Source: Clostridia bacterium
GTDB lineage: Bacteria > Bacillota > Clostridia > Oscillospirales > Acutalibacteraceae
NCBI GenBank assembly: GCA_017537245.1
Contig: JAFYLD010000031.1
Coordinates: 742-64,741, forward strand
Direction of reading: 5' to 3'
DNA: 64,000 nucleotides
Part shown: piece after piece, positions 1 through 8,996 of the stretch
How the letters are laid out: each line of letters opens with the position of its first letter
Position numbering within the stretch: position 1 is the first letter of the stretch
The notes under the pieces: model-generated
The model's database searches: none
The model's input: only the letters and a program-made list of their open reading frames with translations
Told to the model about the DNA's origin: nothing
Made by a program: the position numbers and the translations under genes

Positions 1-67
1 AACCTATTACTGCGCCAAATATCGTTGCCATACCAACGCCTAGCGCCGTTATTAAAACAAGTTCCAT
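1..67 (-). CDS. N-terminal fragment of a hydrophobic (membrane) protein; continues beyond window start
   Basis: ATG at 67-65 preceded by an AGGGGA SD just after the hisK stop. Translates MELVLITALGVGMATIFGAVIG..., which looks like a TM segment. Too short to classify. Confidence 0.35.
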   Translation of the reverse strand, partial: MELVLITALGVGMATIFGAVIG

Positions 68-77
68 TTTTTGTCCC

Positions 78-824
78 CTATAGATATTCTTTTACGTCGT
101 CATAACCATAAAGCAAAAAATCTTTGTTATGACAATCGGACGAAAAGATAAGTTTTTTGCCGTTTTGTTTAAAGTAATCAATTATTTCTTTTGACGGGTA
201 CGGGTGATTTACGTGTCCGCGCGCCATTCCGCCTGTGTTTATTTCTACCACGGCGGGTGTTTTTATAATAGCATCGGCGGCCTTTTTCCAAGCCGCAATA
301 TAGCGCGGATGATTTACGTCAAATAGGCTTCCGTCGGCATTATATTTTGTAATTAAATCAAAATGACCTATTACGTCGCATTTAAGTTTATTATAAAGGT
401 CGGCAACCGTATTATAATAATCCTCAATATATGCGTAATAATCACCGCCATAGTGTTTGTTAACCGCGTCTATTTGAACTTGACGGCTATAGTCTATACA
501 AAGATATTCCCCATCTTTAAAAAGGTAATGCACCGAACCTAAAATATAGTCGTAACCATCCATAGGCTCTACGCTGTGATAATCATATTCTATGCCTAAA
601 AATATTTCTATTTTGTCTTTGTATTTCTCTTTAAGACGGATTATTTCTTTTTTATATTCTTCGGTACCCTCGCGAGTCATACAGGGCTCTAGGTCAAACT
701 CAGTATAAGAATGTCCCGAAAAGCCAAGCTTTGAAAACCCTAGCTCTATCGCCTTTTGTATCATTTCCTCTGCGGTGCTTTTGCCGTCGCAGTAGGTGGT
801 GTGCGTGTGAAAATTATATAACAT
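78..824 (-). CDS. hisK: histidinol-phosphatase, PHP family
   Basis: 248 aa. N-terminal HTHTxYCDG PHP metal-binding motif. Last gene of the his cluster; its start overlaps the hisIE stop (TAATG). Confidence 0.8.
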   Translation of the reverse strand: MLYNFHTHTTYCDGKSTAEEMIQKAIELGFSKLGFSGHSYTEFDLEPCMTREGTEEYKKEIIRLKEKYKDKIEIFLGIEYDYHSVEPMDGYDYILGSVHYLFKDGEYLCIDYSRQVQIDAVNKHYGGDYYAYIEDYYNTVADLYNKLKCDVIGHFDLITKYNADGSLFDVNHPRYIAAWKKAADAIIKTPAVVEINTGGMARGHVNHPYPSKEIIDYFKQNGKKLIFSSDCHNKDFLLYGYDDVKEYL

Positions 825-1474
825 TATTTTGTCATCTTTTCTTGTTTTACTTTGTGGTCGATTATATGACGAGATGCAAGCTCACGGTGAACGTCCTCGA
901 CTGTTATACCCATTTGAACCATAAGCACCATTGCGTGATAAGCAAGGTCTGCAAGTTCATAAACAGTTTCGGCCTTATCGTCTGCCTTACCTGCAATGAT
1001 AACCTCGGTACATTCTTCGCCCACTTTTTTAAGTATTTTGTCAATACCCTTTTCAAAAAGATAGGTTGTGTATGAACCTTCGGGTTTATCGGTCTTGCGA
1101 CCTACAAGCATATCATAAAGATTTTGCAAAGAAAATTCGTGCAATTCATCACTGTGCCATACCTCGTTTGTAAAGCAAGAATCGGTACCCTTATGGCAAG
1201 CAGGACCGTCCTTTTCGACAACTACTACCAAAGCGTCGTTATCGCAGTCGGCGGTAATGCTTACTATGTGCTGATAGTTGCCGCTGGTCTCGCCTTTAAG
1301 CCAAAGTTCTTGGCGTGAACGGCTATAAAAACAGGTTAAACCTTTTTCCATAGAGATTTTAAGGCTTTCTTTGTTCATATATGCTACGGTCAAAACCTTT
1401 TTGGTAATTGAGTCTACAACTACCGCCGGGATTAAACCTTTTTCGTCAAATTTAAGTTGGTCAATATTTATCAT
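824..1474 (-). CDS. hisIE: bifunctional phosphoribosyl-AMP cyclohydrolase / phosphoribosyl-ATP pyrophosphatase
   Basis: 216 aa. Cyclohydrolase half (FYSRSRQELWLKGETSGN, CDNDAL) followed by a pyrophosphohydrolase half (EECTEVIIA...ELADLAYH). Sits in the his operon. Confidence 0.9.
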   Translation of the reverse strand: MINIDQLKFDEKGLIPAVVVDSITKKVLTVAYMNKESLKISMEKGLTCFYSRSRQELWLKGETSGNYQHIVSITADCDNDALVVVVEKDGPACHKGTDSCFTNEVWHSDELHEFSLQNLYDMLVGRKTDKPEGSYTTYLFEKGIDKILKKVGEECTEVIIAGKADDKAETVYELADLAYHAMVLMVQMGITVEDVHRELASRHIIDHKVKQEKMTK

Positions 1475-1476
1475 AA

Positions 1477-2235
1477 TTATAACCTCACAATGATATCATT
1501 TCTTTTTAGTTCTTGTTTAAGGTCGGGAATTGCTACCTCGCCAAAGTGAAAAATAGAGGCCGCAAGACCTGCGTCTATGTCGGGAATTTCTTTGAACAAA
1601 TCTACAAAGTGCTGCATATTACCAGCGCCACCCGATGCAATAACCGGCACGTTTACCACGTCGCAAACGAGTTTAAGTAATTCTATGTCAAAGCCGCCCT
1701 TTACACCGTCGGTATCGATAGAATTTACTACTATCTCACCGGCACCATTAGCGACGCCTTGTTTAATCCAGTTTATTGCTTCAATGCCTGTGTCCTCGCG
1801 TCCGCCTTTTGCAAACACGTGGAACGCGCCGTCAACGCGTTTTATATCTACCGACAAAACAACGCACTGGTCGCCATACTTACGAGCCGCATCGCGAATA
1901 AGAAGTGGATTTTTTATAGCGCCCGAATTAACGCTAACTTTATCTGCGCCGCATTTAAGCACGCGGTCAAAGTCGTCAACTGTGTTTATGCCACCGCCAA
2001 CGGTTAGCGGAATAAAGATTTCACTAGCAACTTGAGTTAATATATCGGTAAAAAGTTGTCTACCCTCAAAAGATGCGGTTATGTCGTAAAACACAAGTTC
2101 ATCGGCCAAACTGTCAGAGTAAAGACGCGCAAGCTCGATTGGAGATGATACGTCGTTTAGCCCTTTAAAATTTGTTCCTTTTACTACTCTGCCGTCTTTT
2201 ATGTCAAGACAAGGAATAATTCTTTTTGTTATCAT
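1477..2235 (-). CDS. hisF: imidazole glycerol phosphate synthase, cyclase subunit
   Basis: 252 aa. RIIPCLDIKDGRVVKG, GADKVSVNS and ASGGAG motifs typical of HisF. Confidence 0.95.
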   Translation of the reverse strand: MITKRIIPCLDIKDGRVVKGTNFKGLNDVSSPIELARLYSDSLADELVFYDITASFEGRQLFTDILTQVASEIFIPLTVGGGINTVDDFDRVLKCGADKVSVNSGAIKNPLLIRDAARKYGDQCVVLSVDIKRVDGAFHVFAKGGREDTGIEAINWIKQGVANGAGEIVVNSIDTDGVKGGFDIELLKLVCDVVNVPVIASGGAGNMQHFVDLFKEIPDIDAGLAASIFHFGEVAIPDLKQELKRNDIIVRL

Positions 2236-2945
2236 AAAGCCGCCTCCAAAGCGTCCTTTAGGTTGATTGCGCCTATGTAATAAGCCTTGCCTATTATTGC
2301 GCCGTAAATATTCATCTTGCGAAGTTCTTTAACGTCGTCAAGACTTGAAACACCGCCCGATGCGGTAATGCACATAGAATATTTTTGTGACAATTCGCGA
2401 TAAAGTTCAAGGTTAGTACCACGCATTGCGCCGTCTTTTGAAATATCGGTACAAATAATATACTTAACGCCAATTTCCTGCATTCCCAATAAAAAGTCCT
2501 CAAGTGTTACTTGCGACTTTTCTAGCCAACCTTTTATGGCGATATAACCGTCTTTAACGTCGGCGCCAACAGCAATTTTGTCGCCGTGTTTTGCTACCGC
2601 CGCTTTTAAAAACTCGGGGTTTGTAACCGCCGCAGTACCCAAAATAACACGACCTACACCGGCATCAAGATATTTATCTACCGTTGCCATATCACGAATA
2701 CCGCCGCCGATTTCTACAAAAAGGCTAGTTTCGGTTGCGACCTGGCGCACAATATCAATATTGGGTGTGGTGCCGTCTTTGGCGCCCTCTAGGTCAACCA
2801 TGTGAATATGGGTAGCTCCCGAATTTTCAAAATCGCGGGCAATCTCGATAGGATTATCGCTATACACCGTCATATTTTGGTAGTCGCCCTTAAAAAGACG
2901 AACCGCCTTTTTATCAAACAAATCTATTGCAGGAAAAATTATCAT
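2232..2945 (-). CDS. hisA: ProFAR isomerase
   Basis: 237 aa. IFPAIDL N-terminus, GGGIR and ASGGVSS motifs. Start overlaps the hisH-side neighbour in operon order. Confidence 0.9.
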   Translation of the reverse strand: MIIFPAIDLFDKKAVRLFKGDYQNMTVYSDNPIEIARDFENSGATHIHMVDLEGAKDGTTPNIDIVRQVATETSLFVEIGGGIRDMATVDKYLDAGVGRVILGTAAVTNPEFLKAAVAKHGDKIAVGADVKDGYIAIKGWLEKSQVTLEDFLLGMQEIGVKYIICTDISKDGAMRGTNLELYRELSQKYSMCITASGGVSSLDDVKELRKMNIYGAIIGKAYYIGAINLKDALEAAL

Positions 2946-2953
2946 AAAAAATA

Positions 2954-3565
2954 TTACTCCATTTCACAAAAAGCACGCAAGATATTTAGTCCTACCTCAC
3001 CGCTTTTTTCGGGATGGAACTGGCATCCCATAACGTTATCTTTTTGTACTGCGGCGGTAAGTTCTTTGCCGTATTCTGCAGTGGCAATTACGCTATCGTC
3101 ACAGTCGCTAGCATAAAACGAATGAACAAAATAAACGCAATCGTCGGGTTTTATGTATTTAAACAAATCACTTTCACGAGTAAAATGCAAAGCATTCCAA
3201 CCAATGTGTGGAATCTTTAAATCACTGGGGATGGTATCTTTCATAGGCACAATACTACCCTTTAAAAGTCCTAGGCCCTCGTGACAACCGTATTCGTAAC
3301 TACGCTCAAAAAGCATCTGCATACCAAGGCATATACCCATAAGTTTTTTGCCTTTTTTAGTTTCGGCAATTATAACCTTATCAAGACCGCTATCGCGAAG
3401 TTTGCGCGCCGCGTCTTCAAAAGCGCCAACACCTGGTAGGATTATTCCATCAGACTCGGCAATTACTTTTGGATCGGCAGTGACGGTAATATCGGCGCCT
3501 ATCTTTTTAAAAGAAGATATAAGCGAAAAAAGGTTACCAACGCCATAATCAACTATCGCTATCAT
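2954..3565 (-). CDS. hisH: imidazole glycerol phosphate synthase, glutamine amidotransferase subunit
   Basis: 203 aa. Class-I GATase: GICLGMQ nucleophile elbow, VHSF and QFHPEKS. Confidence 0.95.
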   Translation of the reverse strand: MIAIVDYGVGNLFSLISSFKKIGADITVTADPKVIAESDGIILPGVGAFEDAARKLRDSGLDKVIIAETKKGKKLMGICLGMQMLFERSYEYGCHEGLGLLKGSIVPMKDTIPSDLKIPHIGWNALHFTRESDLFKYIKPDDCVYFVHSFYASDCDDSVIATAEYGKELTAAVQKDNVMGCQFHPEKSGEVGLNILRAFCEME

Positions 3566-4152
3566 GCTATAACACCTTTCGTTGAAGGAATATCGTCGGC
3601 AAAAGCCTTGTCGATAGCTACCGCGGTACGAAGAGTGCGAGCGATTGACTTAAAGCAACCTTCGATTATGTGGTGAGAATTCTCGCCAGCAAACTTAACC
3701 ATGTGGGTAGTAATGCCCGAATTATACGCAAACGCGCTCCAAAACTCGTGATTAAGCTCGGTATCAAAATCGCCCACCTTTTCGGTTGGCATTTCTACTT
3801 CGTAGTAGCAACCGCCTCTGCCCGAAATATCAACTGCGGTAAGAATAAGCGACTCGTCCATAGGAAGTGTCGTATCGCCGTAACGGTTAATACCCTTTTT
3901 ATCACCTAAAGCTTCTTTAAAAGCTTGTCCCAGAGCGATGCCGATATCTTCGGTAGTGTGGTGATAGTCAACCTCTATATCACCCACACATTTAACGGTC
4001 ATATCAAATCTGCCGTGACGGGCAAAAAGAGTTAGCATGTGATCCAAAAAAGGACAACTTGTGTCACAAGTTGATTCACCCTTACCGTCAAGATTGATGG
4101 TTAGTTTTATATCGGTTTCTGCAGTTTTTCTTATAATTTCTGCGCTTCTCAT
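3562..4152 (-). CDS. hisB: imidazoleglycerol-phosphate dehydratase
   Basis: 196 aa. IGPD motifs DYHHTTED and NSHHIIE. Confidence 0.95.
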   Translation of the reverse strand: MRSAEIIRKTAETDIKLTINLDGKGESTCDTSCPFLDHMLTLFARHGRFDMTVKCVGDIEVDYHHTTEDIGIALGQAFKEALGDKKGINRYGDTTLPMDESLILTAVDISGRGGCYYEVEMPTEKVGDFDTELNHEFWSAFAYNSGITTHMVKFAGENSHHIIEGCFKSIARTLRTAVAIDKAFADDIPSTKGVIA

Positions 4153-4153
4153 T

Positions 4154-5215
4154 TTAATTCTCCTTAAGTATTAGAGATATTGTTTCGATTAGTTTTTGCA
4201 TTTGTTCTAGCGTACCAATTGTGATACGGTTATACTGACAAATGCATTCTTTGGTAAAATGACGAACCAAAATACCACGATTTTTAAGTTCGAGATAGAG
4301 TTTTTCGCCGTCTATTTTATCACTTTTTGCAAAAACAAAGTTTGCTTTAGACTCTAGAACTTCAAAACCTAGTTTTTTAAGTTCGTTAACCGTCCATTCG
4401 CGATTTTCGATTATTGTTTTACAATTATCCATATAATAGTCGTTGTCAATAAGCGCCGCAGCACCCGCCGCATCGGTCATGCGATTGACGTTATATGGGT
4501 TGGTAGAATATCTTATTGTGTTAAGGTCGGCAATAAGTGATTTATTACCGATTGCAAAACCTAATCTAGCGCCCGCCATAGAGCGAGATTTTGAAAAGGT
4601 TTGTACCACAAGAAGATTATCATACTTATTAATAAGCGATACAGCGCTCTTTGCGCCAAAATCTACGTACGCTTCGTCTATTATAACAACGTTATCGGGA
4701 TTTGACTTGACTATTTTTTCAATATCTTCTATTGAAAGCGCAATGCCCGTAGGCGCGTTAGGATTTGCAATAACTACCGTCTTGTTTACGCCAATATAAT
4801 CGTTTATATCAATTGTAAAGTCGCTTTTAAGCGGAACCTCGGTATAAGGAATACGATTAAGCTCGGCAAAAACGGGATAAAATCCGTAAGTAATATTTGG
4901 AAATAACAATGGACTTTTATCGTCGGCAAACGCCATAAACGCAAAGTTAAGTACTTCGTCAGAACCGTTTGTTACAATAACTTGGTCAAAATCCACACCA
5001 TATATTCTTGCTAGTTCCTTGCGAACGCTAGTGCACTCGGGGTCGGAATAAAGCTGTAACTTTTGGCTTTCTCGCAAAACTGCGTCACTTACTGCCTTTG
5101 ACGGAGCAAATGGCGACTCGTTTGTATTAAGCTTTATATACTGCATATCCTTTGGTTGTTCACCGGGGGTATATGGAGTTAAATTTTTAAGATTTTCTGT
5201 AAAAAATTTGCTCAT
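4154..5215 (-). CDS. hisC: histidinol-phosphate aminotransferase
   Basis: 353 aa. Class-II aminotransferase with a PLP-lysine context (QTFSKSRSMAGARLG). Sits in the his operon. Confidence 0.9.
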   Translation of the reverse strand: MSKFFTENLKNLTPYTPGEQPKDMQYIKLNTNESPFAPSKAVSDAVLRESQKLQLYSDPECTSVRKELARIYGVDFDQVIVTNGSDEVLNFAFMAFADDKSPLLFPNITYGFYPVFAELNRIPYTEVPLKSDFTIDINDYIGVNKTVVIANPNAPTGIALSIEDIEKIVKSNPDNVVIIDEAYVDFGAKSAVSLINKYDNLLVVQTFSKSRSMAGARLGFAIGNKSLIADLNTIRYSTNPYNVNRMTDAAGAAALIDNDYYMDNCKTIIENREWTVNELKKLGFEVLESKANFVFAKSDKIDGEKLYLELKNRGILVRHFTKECICQYNRITIGTLEQMQKLIETISLILKEN

Positions 5216-6495
5216 TATTTATCCTCAAATCTAATGGTAGCGCTACGTGCGTGTGCATCTAAGCCCTCTTTTTGCGCAAAGTAAGATACCTTGTCTGCTA
5301 CTTTTTCTAAAGCGTCGGCAGTAAAGTAGGTAAACTGTGATTTCTTTACAAAATCATCTACCGAAAGCGGAGAAGAAAATCTTGCAGTACCGCTTGTTGG
5401 TAAGGTGTGGTTAGGACCTGCAAAATAGTCACCCAAAGCCTCTGGGCAATATTTGCCCATAAAGATAGAACCAGCGTGCTTAACCTTATCAAGATAATCG
5501 AAAGGATTATCTACACAAAGTTCTAGATGCTCCGGAGCAATTTCGTTTGCAATATCAATTGCAAGCATCAAGTTGTTTTCGGCAACGATAATCTTACCGT
5601 TATTATCAATAGAAGCGCGTGCAATCTCGGCACGTGGAAGTTCCGGTATTTGAATCTCGAGCTCGGCGCTTACCTTTTGGGCAAACTCGCGGCTATCGCA
5701 AACAAGCACTGCACTTGCCATTTTGTCGTGCTCGGCTTGGCTAAGTAGGTCTGCCGCTACAAATCGTGGGTTTGCGCTAGAATCAGCAACAACCAAAATT
5801 TCGCTAGGACCGGCTATCATATCGATAGACACTTTGCCAAATACCTGCTTTTTAGCTTCGGCAACAAAGGCATTACCTGGACCTACTATTTTATCTACCT
5901 TTGGAATAGACTGTGTACCATACGCTAGCGCTGCTACCGCCTGCGCGCCGCCTACTTTAAAGATGCGGTCAACACCAGCAATTTTAGCCGCCGCCAAGAT
6001 TACAGGATTAACCTTGCCCTCGGCATTTGGTGGAGTTACCATAACAATCTCGCTACAACCTGCGATTTTAGCAGGAATGCTGTCCATAAGCACGGTTGAA
6101 GGATATGCCGCAGTACCACCCGGTACGTAAAGACCTACCTTTTCAATAGGAGTTACCTTTTGACCGGTAACCACTCCGTCTTGTTCGTTTATGATAAAAC
6201 TGTTTCTAACTTGTTTTGAGTGAAAAGCACGAATTTTTACCGCTGCTTCTTCAATTATTTTTACAAACTTATCGTCAACCAAAGAGAATGCTTCATCGAT
6301 TTCCTCAGCGGTAACTTCGAGACTCGTGAGATTTGCTTTGTCAAACTTTAAAGCATATTCAAAAATTGCCTCGTCGCCGCGATTTATTACGTTTGCAATA
6401 ATGTCGCTAACAATACCCTCTACGTTTGTCGCTATATTGTCGCGGGCAAAAATTTCTTCGTTAGAAACCTCGCCGTAGTTATAAATTTTAATCAT
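5215..6495 (-). CDS. hisD: histidinol dehydrogenase
   Basis: 426 aa. SQAEHD and GDYFAGPNHTLPT motifs. Confidence 0.95.
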   Translation of the reverse strand: MIKIYNYGEVSNEEIFARDNIATNVEGIVSDIIANVINRGDEAIFEYALKFDKANLTSLEVTAEEIDEAFSLVDDKFVKIIEEAAVKIRAFHSKQVRNSFIINEQDGVVTGQKVTPIEKVGLYVPGGTAAYPSTVLMDSIPAKIAGCSEIVMVTPPNAEGKVNPVILAAAKIAGVDRIFKVGGAQAVAALAYGTQSIPKVDKIVGPGNAFVAEAKKQVFGKVSIDMIAGPSEILVVADSSANPRFVAADLLSQAEHDKMASAVLVCDSREFAQKVSAELEIQIPELPRAEIARASIDNNGKIIVAENNLMLAIDIANEIAPEHLELCVDNPFDYLDKVKHAGSIFMGKYCPEALGDYFAGPNHTLPTSGTARFSSPLSVDDFVKKSQFTYFTADALEKVADKVSYFAQKEGLDAHARSATIRFEDK

Positions 6496-7117
6496 TGTTT
6501 TTCACCTGATTTTTGATAGACTCTACTATTTTTTCAATATCTGTACCCTTAAATTTAAAGCTTGACTTGTTTGAAATAAGTCGCGCGCTTATTGGTACGA
6601 TTGTGGATTTAACCTCTAGATTGTTTTCTTTTAAGGTTGTGCCTGTTTCTACGATATCAACGATAACGTCCGATAGTTTTAAGATAGGGGCGATTTCGAT
6701 TGAGCCGTTAAGCTTAATAATATCGATCTCGCGACCGAGTGACGCATAATAATTTGCCGCTATGTTGGTAAACTTGGTAGCTACCTTAAGTGTTTTTTGT
6801 CCGTCATCGTGAAAATCGCAAGGAGCGGCTACCGCCATACGGCATTTGCCCAAATCTAGATCTAAAAGCTCGTAAACGTCGGGGGCATATTCAAGCAAAA
6901 TATCTTTACCCGCTACACCAATGTCGGCAGCGCCACGTTCAACGTAGATTGCAACGTCGGAAGGCTTTACCCAAAAGTAACGAACCTGTTTTTCTTCATT
7001 TTCAAAAATAAGCTTACGGTTGTTTTCTTTTATCGAGGGGCACTCGTAACCCGCCGCTTCAAACATAGCGTAAACCTTTTCACCAAGTCTGCCCTTTGGC
7101 AATGCAACGTTAAGCAT
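6488..7117 (-). CDS. hisG: ATP phosphoribosyltransferase, short (HisZ-dependent) form
   Basis: 209 aa. LPKGRL N-terminus and DIVETGTTLKEN. Short length is consistent with the adjacent hisZ. Confidence 0.9.
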   Translation of the reverse strand: MLNVALPKGRLGEKVYAMFEAAGYECPSIKENNRKLIFENEEKQVRYFWVKPSDVAIYVERGAADIGVAGKDILLEYAPDVYELLDLDLGKCRMAVAAPCDFHDDGQKTLKVATKFTNIAANYYASLGREIDIIKLNGSIEIAPILKLSDVIVDIVETGTTLKENNLEVKSTIVPISARLISNKSSFKFKGTDIEKIVESIKNQVKNND

Positions 7118-7118
7118 T

Positions 7119-8216
7119 TTATACCCCTCCTCTTATATCGTTTAGTTCTTTGTACCTAATCTTACCAACGTCGGCATTTTGTACCGACACGGTTTTACCG
7201 CAAGCCACAATTTGATTTACTGTGTCAATCAAAAGTTGGTTGTCGGTTTTGCCATCGCAAAGCAATAAAACGTCGATATCAAAATTTTGCTTTTCGCGTG
7301 GTAAATCTTCAAGCAGGTCAAGATAAATAGCAAAACCAATAGCACCTGATTTTCTACCCATTTTATAGAGCAGATTATCATACTGACCGCCCGAAAGCAC
7401 GCTTTGTGACAAGCCGTTTATATAGCCTTTAAATACAATACCATTGTAATAATTCATATCGCTCACGGCGGAAAAATCAAATTTTATTTTACCACTGAAA
7501 GATAGATTGTCAAGCATATTAGATAATGTTCTTAATATATTTATATTATCTTTACCTATATTAACGTTTTCGTCTTCCAATTTTTGCAAAACTGCGTTTC
7601 GTTCTCCATAAATTGAAACAAAATTTTGTAGCGCTATTTTATCAAGCTCTGCTACGTTGTTTTCGTCGCAAATACGCGCAAGGTCATGGCTATTTTTATC
7701 AGAAATAAATTTAATAGCCTCTGCCTTAAAGTTAGCGTTTTTACAAATATTGTCAAGTAGTGATGAAATAAGTCCCAAGTGTGATACTTCTAGCACAAAA
7801 TCATCTGAAATAAGCGCTAGACTCTCGGCCGCCATAACAACCATTTCATATATATCGTAAAGCGATATGTCACCTATACACTCAACACCCGTTTGCATAA
7901 TCTCTTTAAACTGGTGGGTATTTTCAGACACACGATAAACGTTTTCGTTATAGCAAACCTTTTGCTTGAAGCCTTCTACGTCTTCACCGTTTTTTATGAT
8001 AGAAAGTGTTACGTCAGGTTTAAGGGCGAGTAGCTTACCGCTAGTATCATTAAAAGCGATGATTCGGTCACTTACCAAAAAGTCCTTGTTTTGAATATAA
8101 AATTCATACTCTTCAAACTTACTCATTTTAAACGGCTTATAACCATATTTTTCATAAAGCTCACGAAGGGCAAATATTGCCTTTTCGTCATTTCTTAAAA
8201 TATTGCTGTTAATCAT
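7119..8216 (-). CDS. hisZ: ATP phosphoribosyltransferase regulatory subunit (HisRS paralog)
   Basis: HisRS-like catalytic-core similarity with no anticodon-binding domain. I prefer the ATG at 8216 (GAGGGTG SD 8 nt upstream) over the track's GTG at 8231. Overlaps the upstream yerC-like gene by 8 nt. Confidence 0.85.
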   Translation of the reverse strand: MINSNILRNDEKAIFALRELYEKYGYKPFKMSKFEEYEFYIQNKDFLVSDRIIAFNDTSGKLLALKPDVTLSIIKNGEDVEGFKQKVCYNENVYRVSENTHQFKEIMQTGVECIGDISLYDIYEMVVMAAESLALISDDFVLEVSHLGLISSLLDNICKNANFKAEAIKFISDKNSHDLARICDENNVAELDKIALQNFVSIYGERNAVLQKLEDENVNIGKDNINILRTLSNMLDNLSFSGKIKFDFSAVSDMNYYNGIVFKGYINGLSQSVLSGGQYDNLLYKMGRKSGAIGFAIYLDLLEDLPREKQNFDIDVLLLCDGKTDNQLLIDTVNQIVACGKTVSVQNADVGKIRYKELNDIRGGV

Positions 8217-8505
8217 TGACTTCACCCTCACATCTGCTAATAACTATATCGTAACCGCCGCTACCGTATTCGCAACATTTGCTAACTCGGCTTATCGTTG
8301 CGGCGCTAGCTCCCGTTTCTTTGGTTATCTTAGTATAACTTACGCCCTTTTTAAGCATCTTTGCTACCGATAATCTTTGTGAAATATCAAGCGCTTCTTT
8401 GATTGTGCAAATATCTTCCAAAAAAGCGTAGCACTCCTCTTTGGTTTTTAGCGACAATAATGCGCTACATAATTCGTCTGTGCTTTGGTTATGCCAATTA
8501 CTCAT
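8209..8505 (-). CDS. TrpR-like YerC/YecD family DNA-binding protein (candidate histidine regulator)
   Basis: 98 aa. Family pattern LLSL.T.EE....EDICT..E....QRL.VAK.L..G.SY..I..ETGAS.ATISRV..C..YG. First gene of the his operon and translationally coupled to hisZ. Confidence 0.75.
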   Translation of the reverse strand: MSNWHNQSTDELCSALLSLKTKEECYAFLEDICTIKEALDISQRLSVAKMLKKGVSYTKITKETGASAATISRVSKCCEYGSGGYDIVISRCEGEVND

Positions 8506-8538
8506 AATTTTCTCCCTTTCGCATCACTTTAGTGTGCT

Positions 8539-8554
8539 AATGCGTTAATGCATT
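8539..8554. promoter_or_regulatory. imperfect palindrome AATGCGTTAATGCATT at the predicted his operon +1 region (candidate operator)
   Basis: 14 of 16 positions are symmetric. Lies immediately downstream of the -10 of the his promoter on the minus strand. Confidence 0.3.
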
Positions 8555-8555
8555 G

Positions 8556-8584
8556 AATTATACTACTCTATTCACCCTTTGTCA
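8556..8584 (-). promoter_or_regulatory. sigmaA-type promoter of the yerC-his operon
   Basis: On the minus strand: TTGACA (8584-8579), 17-nt spacer, TATAAT (8561-8556). This is a perfect consensus. Confidence 0.65.
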
Positions 8585-8646
8585 AGCATAAAAACTAATA
8601 AAATATTAATATATGAAAATATTTTTTCATTTTTTGAAAAAAATGC

Positions 8647-8678
8647 TTGCATTTTAAAATGTTTTGTGGTAATATAAT
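8647..8678 (+). promoter_or_regulatory. candidate rpmB promoter
   Basis: TTGCAT (8647-8652), 17 nt, TAATAT (8670-8675). An overlapping TATAAT sits at 8673-8678. Confidence 0.45.
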
Positions 8679-8732
8679 GTTCGCTATGTGACCGAAAGAG
8701 ATATCGGTCGATTAAAAAAGGAGGTGCAACCA

Positions 8733-8921
8733 ATGGCAAAATGTGAAATTTGCAGCAAAGAAATTGCTTTTGGTATTCAGGTTTCTCACTCACACAGACG
8801 TTCAAACAGAACATGGAAACCAAATGTTAAAAAGGTAAAGGCTATCGTTGATGGTTCACCCCGTCGCGTTAACGTTTGCACTCGTTGCCTACGTTCAGGT
8901 AAGGTTACCAGAGCTATCTAA
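8733..8921 (+). CDS. rpmB: 50S ribosomal protein L28
   Basis: MAKCEICSK...HSHRRSNRTWKPNV...RVCTRCLRSGKV. ATG at 8733 with a GGAGG SD. The track's upstream extension is rejected. Confidence 0.9.
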   Translation: MAKCEICSKEIAFGIQVSHSHRRSNRTWKPNVKKVKAIVDGSPRRVNVCTRCLRSGKVTRAI

Positions 8922-8942
8922 TCAATTCTTTGAATTAAAAGT

Positions 8943-8971
8943 CCCGTGTATGTTTTTACACGGGCTTTTTT
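8943..8971 (+). terminator. intrinsic terminator after rpmB
   Basis: Stem CCCGTGTA/TACACGGG, 6-nt loop, then a T-run at 8966-8971. Confidence 0.8.
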
Positions 8972-8996
8972 CTTATATAAAACAAGGAGCACAATT

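Noticed and set aside
8506-8732. T-box or His-leader attenuator for the his operon
   Set aside because: The leader between the consensus promoter and the first ATG is only about 45 nt. There is no run of His codons and no specifier/T-box sequence.
8572-8823. 83-aa minus-strand ORF across the his/rpmB promoter region
   Set aside because: It runs antisense through the rpmB start and both promoters. It is AT-rich and low-complexity with no SD, so it is a shadow ORF.
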